This document shows positions 10,561 through 18,717 of a stretch of DNA of 64,000 nt, in pieces. The stretch comes from a bacterium. GTDB lineage: Bacteria; Bacteroidota; Bacteroidia; UKL13-3. Where the stretch lies: assembly GCA_034439755.1 (NCBI GenBank), contig JAWXAZ010000122.1:2117-66116 (forward strand), given 5' to 3'. A program made the position numbers and the translations under genes. Numbering within the stretch: the stretch's first letter is position 1; each line of letters opens with the position of its first letter. The notes beneath the pieces are model-generated. The model was not told the DNA's origin. It saw only the letters and a list, made by a program, of their open reading frames with translations, and made no database searches.

Positions 10561-10604
10561 TTCATGCTTGATAAATTTTCGGCTTTGGAAATGGCCCAAA
10601 ACAA

Positions 10605-10632
10605 GAAAAGCACATTTTACAATGTGCTTTTC
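10605..10632 (-). terminator. Terminator hairpin just downstream of tRNA(CAT)
   Basis: Perfect 12-bp stem GAAAAGCACATT/AATGTGCTTTTC with loop TTAC, followed on the minus strand by TTGTTTTGG. Confidence 0.65.
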
Positions 10633-10637
10633 TTTGG

Positions 10638-10711
10638 TAGCGGGGAGCAGGATCGAACTGCCCACCTTAGGGTTATGAATCCTACGCTCTAACCAACTGA
10701 GCTACCCCGCC
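10638..10711 (-). tRNA. tRNA with anticodon CAT (elongator Met or Ile2-type; cannot be distinguished here)
   Basis: The reverse complement GGCGGGGTAGCTCAGTTGGTTAGAGCGTAGGATTCATAACCCTAAGGTGGGCAGTTCGATCCTGCTCCCCGCTA folds as a cloverleaf. It has a 7-bp acceptor (G1-U72), GCTC/GAGC D-stem, anticodon loop TTCATAA and T-loop TTCGATC. It lacks the C1xA72 mismatch and GGG/CCC anticodon stem of initiator tRNA. Confidence 0.85.
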
Positions 10712-10764
10712 AAATTCCTTGAAATAATAGACAAATTTGATGTATTTTTATTTTTAAGGGGCTG

Positions 10765-10772
10765 CAAATATA
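10765..10772 (-). promoter_or_regulatory. Candidate -7 box (TATATTTG on minus strand) for the tRNA(CAT) gene
   Basis: TAnnTTTG match about 55 nt upstream of the tRNA 5' end. Confidence 0.35.
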
Positions 10773-10954
10773 GGGATTTTGATATTTTAAAAAAAAATAT
10801 TTCTTATAAACAATTTTTTATCGCTGTGCCGTTATTGTTATAGGTTCAACAGAATTCGTCGTCTATTAATCAATACAATACACATTGTTTTCAACATGAA
10901 TCATGCACAAATTGCAAACATTTTTTATAATTGTGTTAAATTTGTAAATTAATA

Positions 10955-11746
10955 ATGCAAAATATAATGAAAAGAAGGAAAGTAATCATCGGAGGTTTAA
11001 CATTGGCAATTATTGGCCTAGTTACGCTTGCGTTTGTGAGCTATCCGCCTTTTGATGCCTTAAGTAAAGACTTTAAGAAAAACCATAAACTCGGCTTTCC
11101 TGGTTTTGGCATCTGGCTACCACCAGATTATGAAGTCCATGGAATTGATGTTTCTCGTCACCAAGGTAAAATAAACTGGGAGTCTGTTAGCGAGCACTCT
11201 TCAAACAATATCGACATTAGTTTTGCCTTTATCAAAGCTTGTGAGGGTAGAACTTTAAGGGATAATTACTTCCAAGAAAATTGGCGCAATGCCAAAGAAA
11301 TTAACATGCTTAGGGGCGCTTATCATTTCTTTAGGCCGCATTTAACCGCTGATGAGCAATTTATCTTATTTAAAAGTATCGTTAAATTAGACAAGGAGGA
11401 CTTACCTCCTGTATTAGATGTTGAAATGAGGGGCAGCACGCCTCCAGCTAAAATGAAAAAGAGTGTGAAGCGGTGGTTAGAACTTGCAGAAAAACACTAT
11501 GGTGTAACCCCAATTTTATATACCAGCTATTCTTTTTACCGCAACTATTTTAGTGGCAAAGAATTTGAAAAATATCCTTTGTGGATTGCACATTATGCCA
11601 CAGACGACTTAAATCGCTTAACCAGAAGTTGGAATTTTTGGCAACACAACGAAAGTGGCAGGGTTAAGGGAATTAGAGGAAATGTTGACTTCAACGTATT
11701 CAAAGGCGACTATAACGACTTAATGAAACTTTGCAAGAAGCAGTGA
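10955..11746 (+). CDS. Glycoside hydrolase family 25 lysozyme (muramidase) with N-terminal membrane anchor
   Basis: GIDVSRHQGKINW, FAFIKACEG, GAYHFF and LDVE motifs are typical of GH25. A hydrophobic N-terminal segment is present. A TAAATTTG box lies at 10937-10944. Confidence 0.85.
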   Translation: MQNIMKRRKVIIGGLTLAIIGLVTLAFVSYPPFDALSKDFKKNHKLGFPGFGIWLPPDYEVHGIDVSRHQGKINWESVSEHSSNNIDISFAFIKACEGRTLRDNYFQENWRNAKEINMLRGAYHFFRPHLTADEQFILFKSIVKLDKEDLPPVLDVEMRGSTPPAKMKKSVKRWLELAEKHYGVTPILYTSYSFYRNYFSGKEFEKYPLWIAHYATDDLNRLTRSWNFWQHNESGRVKGIRGNVDFNVFKGDYNDLMKLCKKQ

Positions 11747-11754
11747 TTTTGATT

Positions 11755-11860
11755 ATGCTTTGCAAAAAGCAAAATAAATCTCTGTTTCAATTACAATCAT
11801 GCTTTGCAAAAAGCAAAATAAATCTTTGTTTCAATTACAATTATGCTTTACAAAAAGTAA
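11755..11860. repeat. 44-bp tandem repeat, about 2.4 copies, each with a small hairpin
   Basis: ATGCTTTGCAAAAAGCAAAATAAATCT(C/T)TGTTTCAATTACAAT(C/T) at 11755-11798 and 11799-11842, then a partial third copy. Each unit contains TGCTTT-GCAA-AAAGCA. Confidence 0.8.
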
Positions 11861-12118
11861 TTAACCCTTCTTTTTAGCTATTACAATTAAGTAGGTGTAA
11901 ACCGCGGCGCCTACGGCAAAAAATGCAATGTAAGCGTACTTTTCCTTCATATAAAAATCGTAGCTCAAAAAGCCCATCATGCCCAATACTAAGGCCAATT
12001 TGATGCCTTTCTCGCTCGAATAATTCTTTACCACCCTAGGCAAAATAACATATACCAAAAGCAAGGCAAATGCAATTAACCCAATAATGACCAACCAGTT
12101 TAAATCATCTCTTAGCAT
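11861..12118 (-). CDS. Small integral membrane protein (hypothetical)
   Basis: 85-aa ORF with about three hydrophobic helices. Its start overlaps the stop of the upstream alkaline phosphatase gene by 14 nt. Confidence 0.5.
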   Translation of the reverse strand: MLRDDLNWLVIIGLIAFALLLVYVILPRVVKNYSSEKGIKLALVLGMMGFLSYDFYMKEKYAYIAFFAVGAAVYTYLIVIAKKKG

Positions 12119-13205
12119 TCTTGTTTGGACTTAATAATTTGACAAATTTGTGAAAGATTTCTGTATTCTCATAAATTCCATTAAACAACTCAGCACCCGG
12201 ACCATAAGCAAATACGGGCACCATAATGCCACTATGTCCTTTGCTGGCATAATTCACTGTAAACTGATCTGGGTTCGATTTGTTCTCCAACAAACTTAAT
12301 CCACCCGTTTCATGATCGGCTGTTACCACCACCAAGGTATTGCCATCTTTCATGGCTGCATCCAACACCTCATTCACCACCGCATTAAAATCGAGCAATT
12401 CCAATTTCATATATTCAAAATCATTGTCGTGGCCGCCCCAATCAATTTGAGAACCCTCTACCATCAAGAAGTATTTTGCGTGGTATTTATCTAGATTGTC
12501 CTGAGCCAATTTTGTAGCTTTACTTAGAAAGTCACCCCTGCCCTCTTTCATTGTTTTCATGCCATCTTCGGCCAAGGTATAGATCAATTTTGGCGCTTTA
12601 ATTGGCAACAAAACGCTATCACTAGAAACCGTAAAACCAAACTCTTTTAACTCAGAGAACAAGTTCCTGCCATCTTTGCGGGCAGTAAAAAACTTCTTGC
12701 CTCCACCAATGGCAATGTCACAATTTTTCCGAACCAAAAACTCGGCAATCTCATCCTGACTTTTGCGAGAAGCCACATGCGCATAAAATGAAGCGGGCGT
12801 TGCATGGGTAATAGAAGAAGTAGCAACCACTCCTGTTCCCCAATTTAAGTTTTTCGCCTTCTCAAAAATACCTTCCTTTTCAACGCCTAAACTATCTACG
12901 CCAATGGCACCATTTTTCGCTTTTTTGCCAATGGAAAACACCGTTGCTCCTGCCCCACTATCGGTTACATAGTTATCTGCCGATTGTGTTTTGCTAAGGC
13001 CTATAACCGGAAAGCGCTCAAATGAATTTTGCTCGCTATAGCCTACCATACAAGCAGAAATCTGCGCCAAGCCCATGCCATCGCCAATTAAAAATATAAT
13101 GCGTTGGGGCTTCTTAACTTTTTTAGGTCCGGGCTTAGTCGCGTTTAAAAAGAATGGACTCCATAAGAACACCAAAGCATACAATAAAATTTTCTTCATA
13201 ATCAT
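12105..13205 (-). CDS. Alkaline phosphatase (PhoA-type)
   Basis: Signal peptide present. DGMG, TDSGAGAT (nucleophile Ser context), DWGGHDND and TADHETGG metal-ligand motifs are all found. Confidence 0.85.
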   Translation of the reverse strand: MIMKKILLYALVFLWSPFFLNATKPGPKKVKKPQRIIFLIGDGMGLAQISACMVGYSEQNSFERFPVIGLSKTQSADNYVTDSGAGATVFSIGKKAKNGAIGVDSLGVEKEGIFEKAKNLNWGTGVVATSSITHATPASFYAHVASRKSQDEIAEFLVRKNCDIAIGGGKKFFTARKDGRNLFSELKEFGFTVSSDSVLLPIKAPKLIYTLAEDGMKTMKEGRGDFLSKATKLAQDNLDKYHAKYFLMVEGSQIDWGGHDNDFEYMKLELLDFNAVVNEVLDAAMKDGNTLVVVTADHETGGLSLLENKSNPDQFTVNYASKGHSGIMVPVFAYGPGAELFNGIYENTEIFHKFVKLLSPNKNAKR

Positions 13206-13376
13206 GGTTACAATTAATACCTTACTAATATTAAATTTAGGTCAAAGGACAATTTAAAATAAGCAGGTAAATATAGAGCGACAAGGTATAAAGTCCTAAT
13301 GTTTTGGGCTAAACTTCTTGCATGTCGGTATAACAAGGCAAAGATGAACAAAACTCTAAATATTCAAGCCAATACT

Positions 13377-14480
13377 TTACGATAATTCAAAAGTTTTTCC
13401 GGGCAAACTTCTCACAAAACCAGCAAACTCAAGCTCCAATAATTTTAAGGCCAAAGTGCCTGGATCCATGTTTAACTCATACGCCATTTCATCCAAATTT
13501 GCCTTAACCTTGCTGCGAATATGCCCCACCAGTTTGGTCTCCCCAGCATCCAATTGGCTCAGCAAATCAACAGGAGCTTTAGTTTTAGTAGCCTTATTCT
13601 CCCAAGCCATTAGCTGAACCAAATCGTCCAAGCAGGTAATCATTGAGGCCTTATTACACTGAATTAAATAATTACACCCCTGCGAATAATAATCGCCCAC
13701 CCTACCAGGCAAAACCATAATATCCTTATTATACGAATGCGCAATTTCACAAGTAATACGCGCCCCACCCTTGATAGCAGTTTCTGGCACCACCAATACA
13801 TCTGCCAATCCAGCCACTATGCGATTCCGCTTTGGAAAATTTTCCCTATCGGGATTGGTTCCACTTGGAAACTCGCTCAATAAACCTCCATTGGCCAGCA
13901 TTTTTTTAGCCATTCCTTGATGCGCACTCGGGTAAATGCGGTCTAAACCATGCGCCAATACGCCTATATTAGTTACGCCATTTTCCAGACAAGCCTTGTG
14001 TGCAATGCCATCAATTCCCATGGCCAAACCACTTACCACCGTTACATTGTAGTCTTTTAAGCCCTGAACCAATTTCTGCGTAAAGCTCCTTCCATAATCG
14101 GTGCCGCGCCGTGTGCCCACAATGCCTACCAGACGCGGTGGGTTGAGATCGAAATTGCCTAAGCCATAAAGCAGACAAGGTGCATCTACAATATCTCGAA
14201 GCCTATTTGGGTAGGCCTCATCCAAATAAAAATAAGTTTGAATGTGGTGCTTCTCAATAAAAGCAAGTTCCTTTTGGGCCTGTTCAAAGTTTCTATAAGA
14301 AAAAATATTCTCGGCCAAAACACTGCCAATGCCAGGAATGGCCTGCAATGCGCCGCGACGCTCTTTAAAAACGGCTTCCACACTGCCGCAATAAGCAAGC
14401 AGATTTTTAATAAGCACATCCCCAATTCCAGGAATGAGCTTAAGCGAAATTTGGTAAAGTAAATCGGGGGTAGTCGACAT
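13377..14480 (-). CDS. dprA: DNA-processing protein DprA (Smf)
   Basis: 367 aa. N-terminal helix-hairpin-helix-like PGIG repeats, a Rossmann-like core with GLAMGIDGIAHKA, and a C-terminal winged-helix-like tail. Confidence 0.9.
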   Translation of the reverse strand: MSTTPDLLYQISLKLIPGIGDVLIKNLLAYCGSVEAVFKERRGALQAIPGIGSVLAENIFSYRNFEQAQKELAFIEKHHIQTYFYLDEAYPNRLRDIVDAPCLLYGLGNFDLNPPRLVGIVGTRRGTDYGRSFTQKLVQGLKDYNVTVVSGLAMGIDGIAHKACLENGVTNIGVLAHGLDRIYPSAHQGMAKKMLANGGLLSEFPSGTNPDRENFPKRNRIVAGLADVLVVPETAIKGGARITCEIAHSYNKDIMVLPGRVGDYYSQGCNYLIQCNKASMITCLDDLVQLMAWENKATKTKAPVDLLSQLDAGETKLVGHIRSKVKANLDEMAYELNMDPGTLALKLLELEFAGFVRSLPGKTFELS

Positions 14481-14489
14481 AAAAAAAAA

Positions 14490-15341
14490 TTATAAAGAGG
14501 CTAAAGTATAGGCAATTGTTTTTTCAATAATGGCGTGTGTATCCTTGCTAAATTCGTGCGTAATTCTATTGGCAACAATGGCATTTATGGCAATGGCATT
14601 AAAGCCAAAAAGCTTGCTAAGCCCAAGAATAGCGGCAGTTTCCATTTCAAAATTGGTAACACGCATACCTTGAATGCGCAAGTTAGAAAGTTTGCTCACC
14701 AAATCGCGCGAGTGAATTCCGGCACGCAAATACCGCCCTTGAGGCGCATAAAATCCACTGCAAGTTGCCGTAATTCCCTTGAGGCTGCGCGCATCAAATT
14801 TAGAGAGCAAAGCGCCACTCGATTGAAACAAATAGGGCTTTAAAAAATCTAATCCGAGCTCCTCCCTTAATTCGCTTAAATCCAAATCTGGCGCCACATC
14901 ATAATACCAAAGCAAGTGATCTAGGCCCAAACCGTAAGTAGAAACAAGCATGCTATCCACCGAAATATCGGCCTGAAGGGCGCCACTCGTTCCCACCCGA
15001 ATTAAATTTAAATCGCGTTTCCCCGATTTAACTTCCCTAGTGGCCATATCCACATTCACCAAAACATCCAATTCATTCAAAACAATGTCAATATTATCGG
15101 TACCAATTCCGGTAGAGATTACACTAATTCGGTTCGAACCAAGGCGCCCAGTATGGGTAATAAATTCGCGTTTTTGTTTCTTTATTTCTATCGAATCAAA
15201 ATACTTAGAAACGGTGGGAACTCGCTCTGGGTCACCAACTAAAATAACAGTTTGGGCCAACTCTTCTGGCAATAAATTGAGGTGATAAATTGAACCATCT
15301 GGGTTCAAAATTAATTCACTTGATGGGATTTTTGCAGACAT
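14490..15341 (-). CDS. Nucleoside phosphorylase (PNP/UDP family 1, uridine-phosphorylase-like)
   Basis: LVGDPERV, STGIGTDN, RVGTSGAL and FEMETAA motifs. Confidence 0.8.
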   Translation of the reverse strand: MSAKIPSSELILNPDGSIYHLNLLPEELAQTVILVGDPERVPTVSKYFDSIEIKKQKREFITHTGRLGSNRISVISTGIGTDNIDIVLNELDVLVNVDMATREVKSGKRDLNLIRVGTSGALQADISVDSMLVSTYGLGLDHLLWYYDVAPDLDLSELREELGLDFLKPYLFQSSGALLSKFDARSLKGITATCSGFYAPQGRYLRAGIHSRDLVSKLSNLRIQGMRVTNFEMETAAILGLSKLFGFNAIAINAIVANRITHEFSKDTHAIIEKTIAYTLASL

Positions 15342-15377
15342 TTTATATTATTGTAGTTCACTGCTAAGTAAATCAAT

Positions 15378-15385
15378 TACCTTTG
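15378..15385 (+). promoter_or_regulatory. Candidate -7 box (TACCTTTG)
   Basis: TAnnTTTG match 24 nt upstream of ATG 15409. Confidence 0.45.
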
Positions 15386-15408
15386 TAAACAAAAAAGAAA
15401 TAAAAAAA

Positions 15409-16290
15409 ATGGAAAAGAAGAAAAACATCATGTTAGTTCCAATAGATTTCTCAGAAATCTCAATTAATGCCCTAAACCATGCCGCCCAATTGGCCAAGCA
15501 TTTCGACAATGATTTAGTTCTCCTCAGCATCTTAGAAGAAGATTTCTTAAGCAATATCTTTAGCTTTAGCAAAAATGAAACTAAGGATAATTTAGCCAAA
15601 GAAGCCTTGTTGAGCCGCTTAAAAGAAAAAGCTACTCAAATCAACAGAGATTTTGGTATTCATTGTTATACAGAAGTTCGTTCTGGAAAAATATATAAAA
15701 AAGCTATTGAAACCGCAGAAGAATACAAATGCGATTGTATTATCATGGGAACCCATGGTGCAAATGGCGTTGAGCGCGTTATTGGCAGTAATGCCAGCCG
15801 CATTATTAGCTATAGCACCATGCCTGTTATTGTGGTGAAAACCGACAAGAATCCAAATGCGTATAAAAACATCGTATTTCCATTGGATTTATCGCAAGAA
15901 TCGAAGCAAAAAATGAAATGGGCTATTCATTTGGGCAAGTCATATCACTCAACCATCCACGTATTAACTTACAAAGTTGGCGATGAGTTCTTAGACAATA
16001 AATTGGCGGCTAATTTAAGACAGATTCAAAATATTTTTGATGACGCAGGTGTAAAACACACCGAAACCATTTTGGAAAACGACAATGATTTTGCCAGAAA
16101 TACCCTAGAGTTTGCCGAAACTAATTTGGCCGATTTGATTATCATTATGACGCAACAAGAGAATGATAAATCTATAAGAGAATATATCATTGAAACCTAT
16201 GCGCAACAAATTGTAAACGATGCGGGCAATGTGCCAATATTCTGCGTAAACCCGCATTACGAAATGTTTAAAAGTGAGTTTGTTATTTAA
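15409..16290 (+). CDS. Universal stress protein, tandem USP domains
   Basis: 293 aa with two USP halves (ILVPIDFSE...IIMGTHGANG; VFPLDLS...). Confidence 0.8.
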   Translation: MEKKKNIMLVPIDFSEISINALNHAAQLAKHFDNDLVLLSILEEDFLSNIFSFSKNETKDNLAKEALLSRLKEKATQINRDFGIHCYTEVRSGKIYKKAIETAEEYKCDCIIMGTHGANGVERVIGSNASRIISYSTMPVIVVKTDKNPNAYKNIVFPLDLSQESKQKMKWAIHLGKSYHSTIHVLTYKVGDEFLDNKLAANLRQIQNIFDDAGVKHTETILENDNDFARNTLEFAETNLADLIIIMTQQENDKSIREYIIETYAQQIVNDAGNVPIFCVNPHYEMFKSEFVI

Positions 16291-16292
16291 TC

Positions 16293-16329
16293 GGTCTGAA
16301 CCAATTCCTTTGAAGGATTTGGTTCAGCC
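16293..16329. repeat. Inverted pair of the abundant GG(T)CTGAACCAA word forming a hairpin right after the usp stop codon
   Basis: GGTCTGAACCAATTCC (16293-16308), loop TTTGAA, GGATTTGGTTCAGCC (16315-16329). About 14 bp pair, with one bulge and one mismatch. Confidence 0.8.
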
Positions 16330-16336
16330 AGAAAAC

Positions 16337-16376
16337 AAAAAACCCGGCAAGAAAACTTACCGGGTTTTTTGTTTTT
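16337..16376. terminator. Bidirectional rho-independent terminator between convergent genes
   Basis: CCCGGCAAG/CTTACCGGG stem (1 mismatch) with loop AAAA, flanked by an A-run and a T-run. Confidence 0.7.
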
Positions 16377-16411
16377 AAATCTTATTTAAATTTTAACTTT
16401 ACCGATTTCTA

Positions 16412-18520
16412 TTAATAAATATTCTCGGTATTTCTATAACCTGTTGTATTGCTATACCAATTGGCAAACTGAGCACCATTGCTGCTTACCCATGTTGCAA
16501 ATCTTGTATAGGCTGTGTTGATATCGGCCTTTTCAATGGCATAACTATAGTTAGCTGGAACATTAATAGCCCATGGGAATCTGCCATCTGTGCTTACATA
16601 AGTATCTCCGCTTGTCAAATTGGTAGCATCGTGCCCGGTACCAAACAAGGATGTTGTAGCTAAGTCTGTTGGCAATTGTCCTGGTAGGTGAATTTCATAT
16701 CCTCTACCAAATCCTGAAGTTCCATTCCAAATAAAAGGATTGTATCCACTTAATCCGAAACTAGCCAAGCTTATTGTACTGGTAACATTGAAGGCCACAT
16801 TATAGGTAATATTTGCAACAGCAGCCTGACTAGGAACGGTATTCCACATATTCATTTCGGTTCTCATATCGTTAAAAATAACCAATACTGCTTTTGTTTG
16901 TCCGGCTTCTAAAGTTGCACCTGTTACAGCGCTTACATCGGCTCTATTAATTGGGAATTGCACGGCAAAACCATTGTTTTGCGAACCACCGGTGGCACGT
17001 AATAAATAGGTAGCTTCAACTCTTACTACATTGTTGCTGGCATTGGTAACCACATTATAATTATAGTTTACAACCACATCATTTAAATCGTAATCGCCAC
17101 GGAACGGCCATAAATCTTCAAATGCAACAGTAGATACACCGTACGTATTGTTAAAAGCTTTAGTTGGATCATTTGGATAATCATCGTTTGCATCTGAAAC
17201 ACCATCGGCATCTGTATCGGCTGGTGGCGACGGAATGGTTCCATTTCCTTCTGGATTACAACTTGTGATTGCTACATATAAAGAACAACTTTGAATGGCA
17301 CCACCGCTTATGCTTGCATTCCACGGACCTTCAATTCCGTTTCCATCGCAATAGCTTTGAGCGCCATTTACCAAGCCTTGCGCATTTCCTTTAGAATTTC
17401 CTAACACTTTAATTAATGAACTCGTTCCAAAACCTGTAATGGTACCATTAACTTGAATATTTTGGGTAGTAATCATGGCGCCATTATATTGCTTAAACTC
17501 ATTGTTAGAACCTCCTTGGATGGTGGTTTCCTCAAAACATTTTACATACCCATAATTCTTGAACAAGCCATTGTTTTGAAAATCGTTATACACAATTAAT
17601 TTACAGTTATTGGTAAAATCGCAACCACTGCTATTGATTAATTTATTGGCTACATTAATTGTTCCATTATTTACGATAACAGAAGAACCGTTTGGATTAA
17701 AATCTTTGCCTGCATTTATAATACCATAGTTTGTTAAAGTACTAGTTGAGTTAATATTAAAATTGCGGTTTGGATCTGTGCTAACCAAGCCATAGTTTAT
17801 AAAGTTTCCATCGATAGGAAGTGTACTTGTAAAATTGATTTCACCAGTTCCAGTCACAATAAATTGAGAAGATGAGTTGCCATTCATGTTCAAGTTATTG
17901 ATGCTACCGATTCCGCAAACACGCACTATAACGCCATTTTGCAAGGTTAAATTGGCTATATTTACATTACCCGTTAAGCATATTACGCCACTAGAATAGG
18001 TTAGGTTCCCCGAAGGATTATTTACCACCGTGCTGCAACCAGTTATACAATCTGGGCCACCGCCTGTTTTGTTTAACTTAACAATGCCATTGCTGGCAGT
18101 AAGGTTTGTGGTGATGGCATTGTTCACTATTTTAATTTTCTCCATCACTCTTGATTCGTCTGGAGCCGTTTTAACCACAAAATATTCTTGAATGGTATTG
18201 GCCGTGTTTATACTGGCTTCAAAAGGCATGGTTGGAGAAAAGGTTCCCTCTGCCAATTTAATTCCGCCTTCAATAGGATCTGCACTATAGATGGTTACAT
18301 AATGAAGCAAACCCACAAAACGGGTATCGGTGGTGGTAAATTTTACATTTACATCACGCGATGTTTTCCAGTCGAAATTTGCTGGAACTTTAATTTCGGT
18401 CATTTTATTCACCGTTACCAGTTGACCATCATAGTTGTTGTTTGTATCATCCACTTTAAATTTCTTACAAGAAGAAAATCCCAAACCCAAAACAAGCGAG
18501 AAAATTAGTAGCTTTTTCAT
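16412..18520 (-). CDS. LruC-domain lipoprotein, paralog 1
   Basis: Lipoprotein signal (LGFSSC). N/G-rich beta-helix-like middle. DTDADGVSDANDDYPNDP Ca-binding-like stretch followed by VAFEDLWPFRGDYDLNDVVV and a conserved C-terminal domain, which I recall as the LruC domain. Confidence 0.7.
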   Translation of the reverse strand: MKKLLIFSLVLGLGFSSCKKFKVDDTNNNYDGQLVTVNKMTEIKVPANFDWKTSRDVNVKFTTTDTRFVGLLHYVTIYSADPIEGGIKLAEGTFSPTMPFEASINTANTIQEYFVVKTAPDESRVMEKIKIVNNAITTNLTASNGIVKLNKTGGGPDCITGCSTVVNNPSGNLTYSSGVICLTGNVNIANLTLQNGVIVRVCGIGSINNLNMNGNSSSQFIVTGTGEINFTSTLPIDGNFINYGLVSTDPNRNFNINSTSTLTNYGIINAGKDFNPNGSSVIVNNGTINVANKLINSSGCDFTNNCKLIVYNDFQNNGLFKNYGYVKCFEETTIQGGSNNEFKQYNGAMITTQNIQVNGTITGFGTSSLIKVLGNSKGNAQGLVNGAQSYCDGNGIEGPWNASISGGAIQSCSLYVAITSCNPEGNGTIPSPPADTDADGVSDANDDYPNDPTKAFNNTYGVSTVAFEDLWPFRGDYDLNDVVVNYNYNVVTNASNNVVRVEATYLLRATGGSQNNGFAVQFPINRADVSAVTGATLEAGQTKAVLVIFNDMRTEMNMWNTVPSQAAVANITYNVAFNVTSTISLASFGLSGYNPFIWNGTSGFGRGYEIHLPGQLPTDLATTSLFGTGHDATNLTSGDTYVSTDGRFPWAINVPANYSYAIEKADINTAYTRFATWVSSNGAQFANWYSNTTGYRNTENIY

Positions 18521-18717
18521 AATTTTTTATATTATACCTTTAATACTCCTATAAATGTGCCAAACCCCCAATATCCCAATTACCTAGGCTCTCCAAGCAC
18601 AAACACTTTTAAAAAAATTCCCAAATTGAAACAATATGTGTCAAATATAAAAATTTCATATCGGGATATAAACAATTAGCCTTTCAAATTTTGCACATCA
18701 AAAGACTTTTATTCCAA

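Noticed and set aside
10483-10678. 60-62-aa ORFs overlapping the tRNA(CAT) gene and its remnant
   Set aside because: They overlap a well-folding tRNA and terminator hairpins. No coding signal is present.
13322-13333. Short exact matches between intergenic regions (ATGTCGGTATAA here and at 40317-40328; TATAAAGTCCTA near 13286 and 59311) as evidence for another dispersed element
   Set aside because: 12-mer coincidences are expected many times over in 64 kb on two strands, and the flanks do not align.
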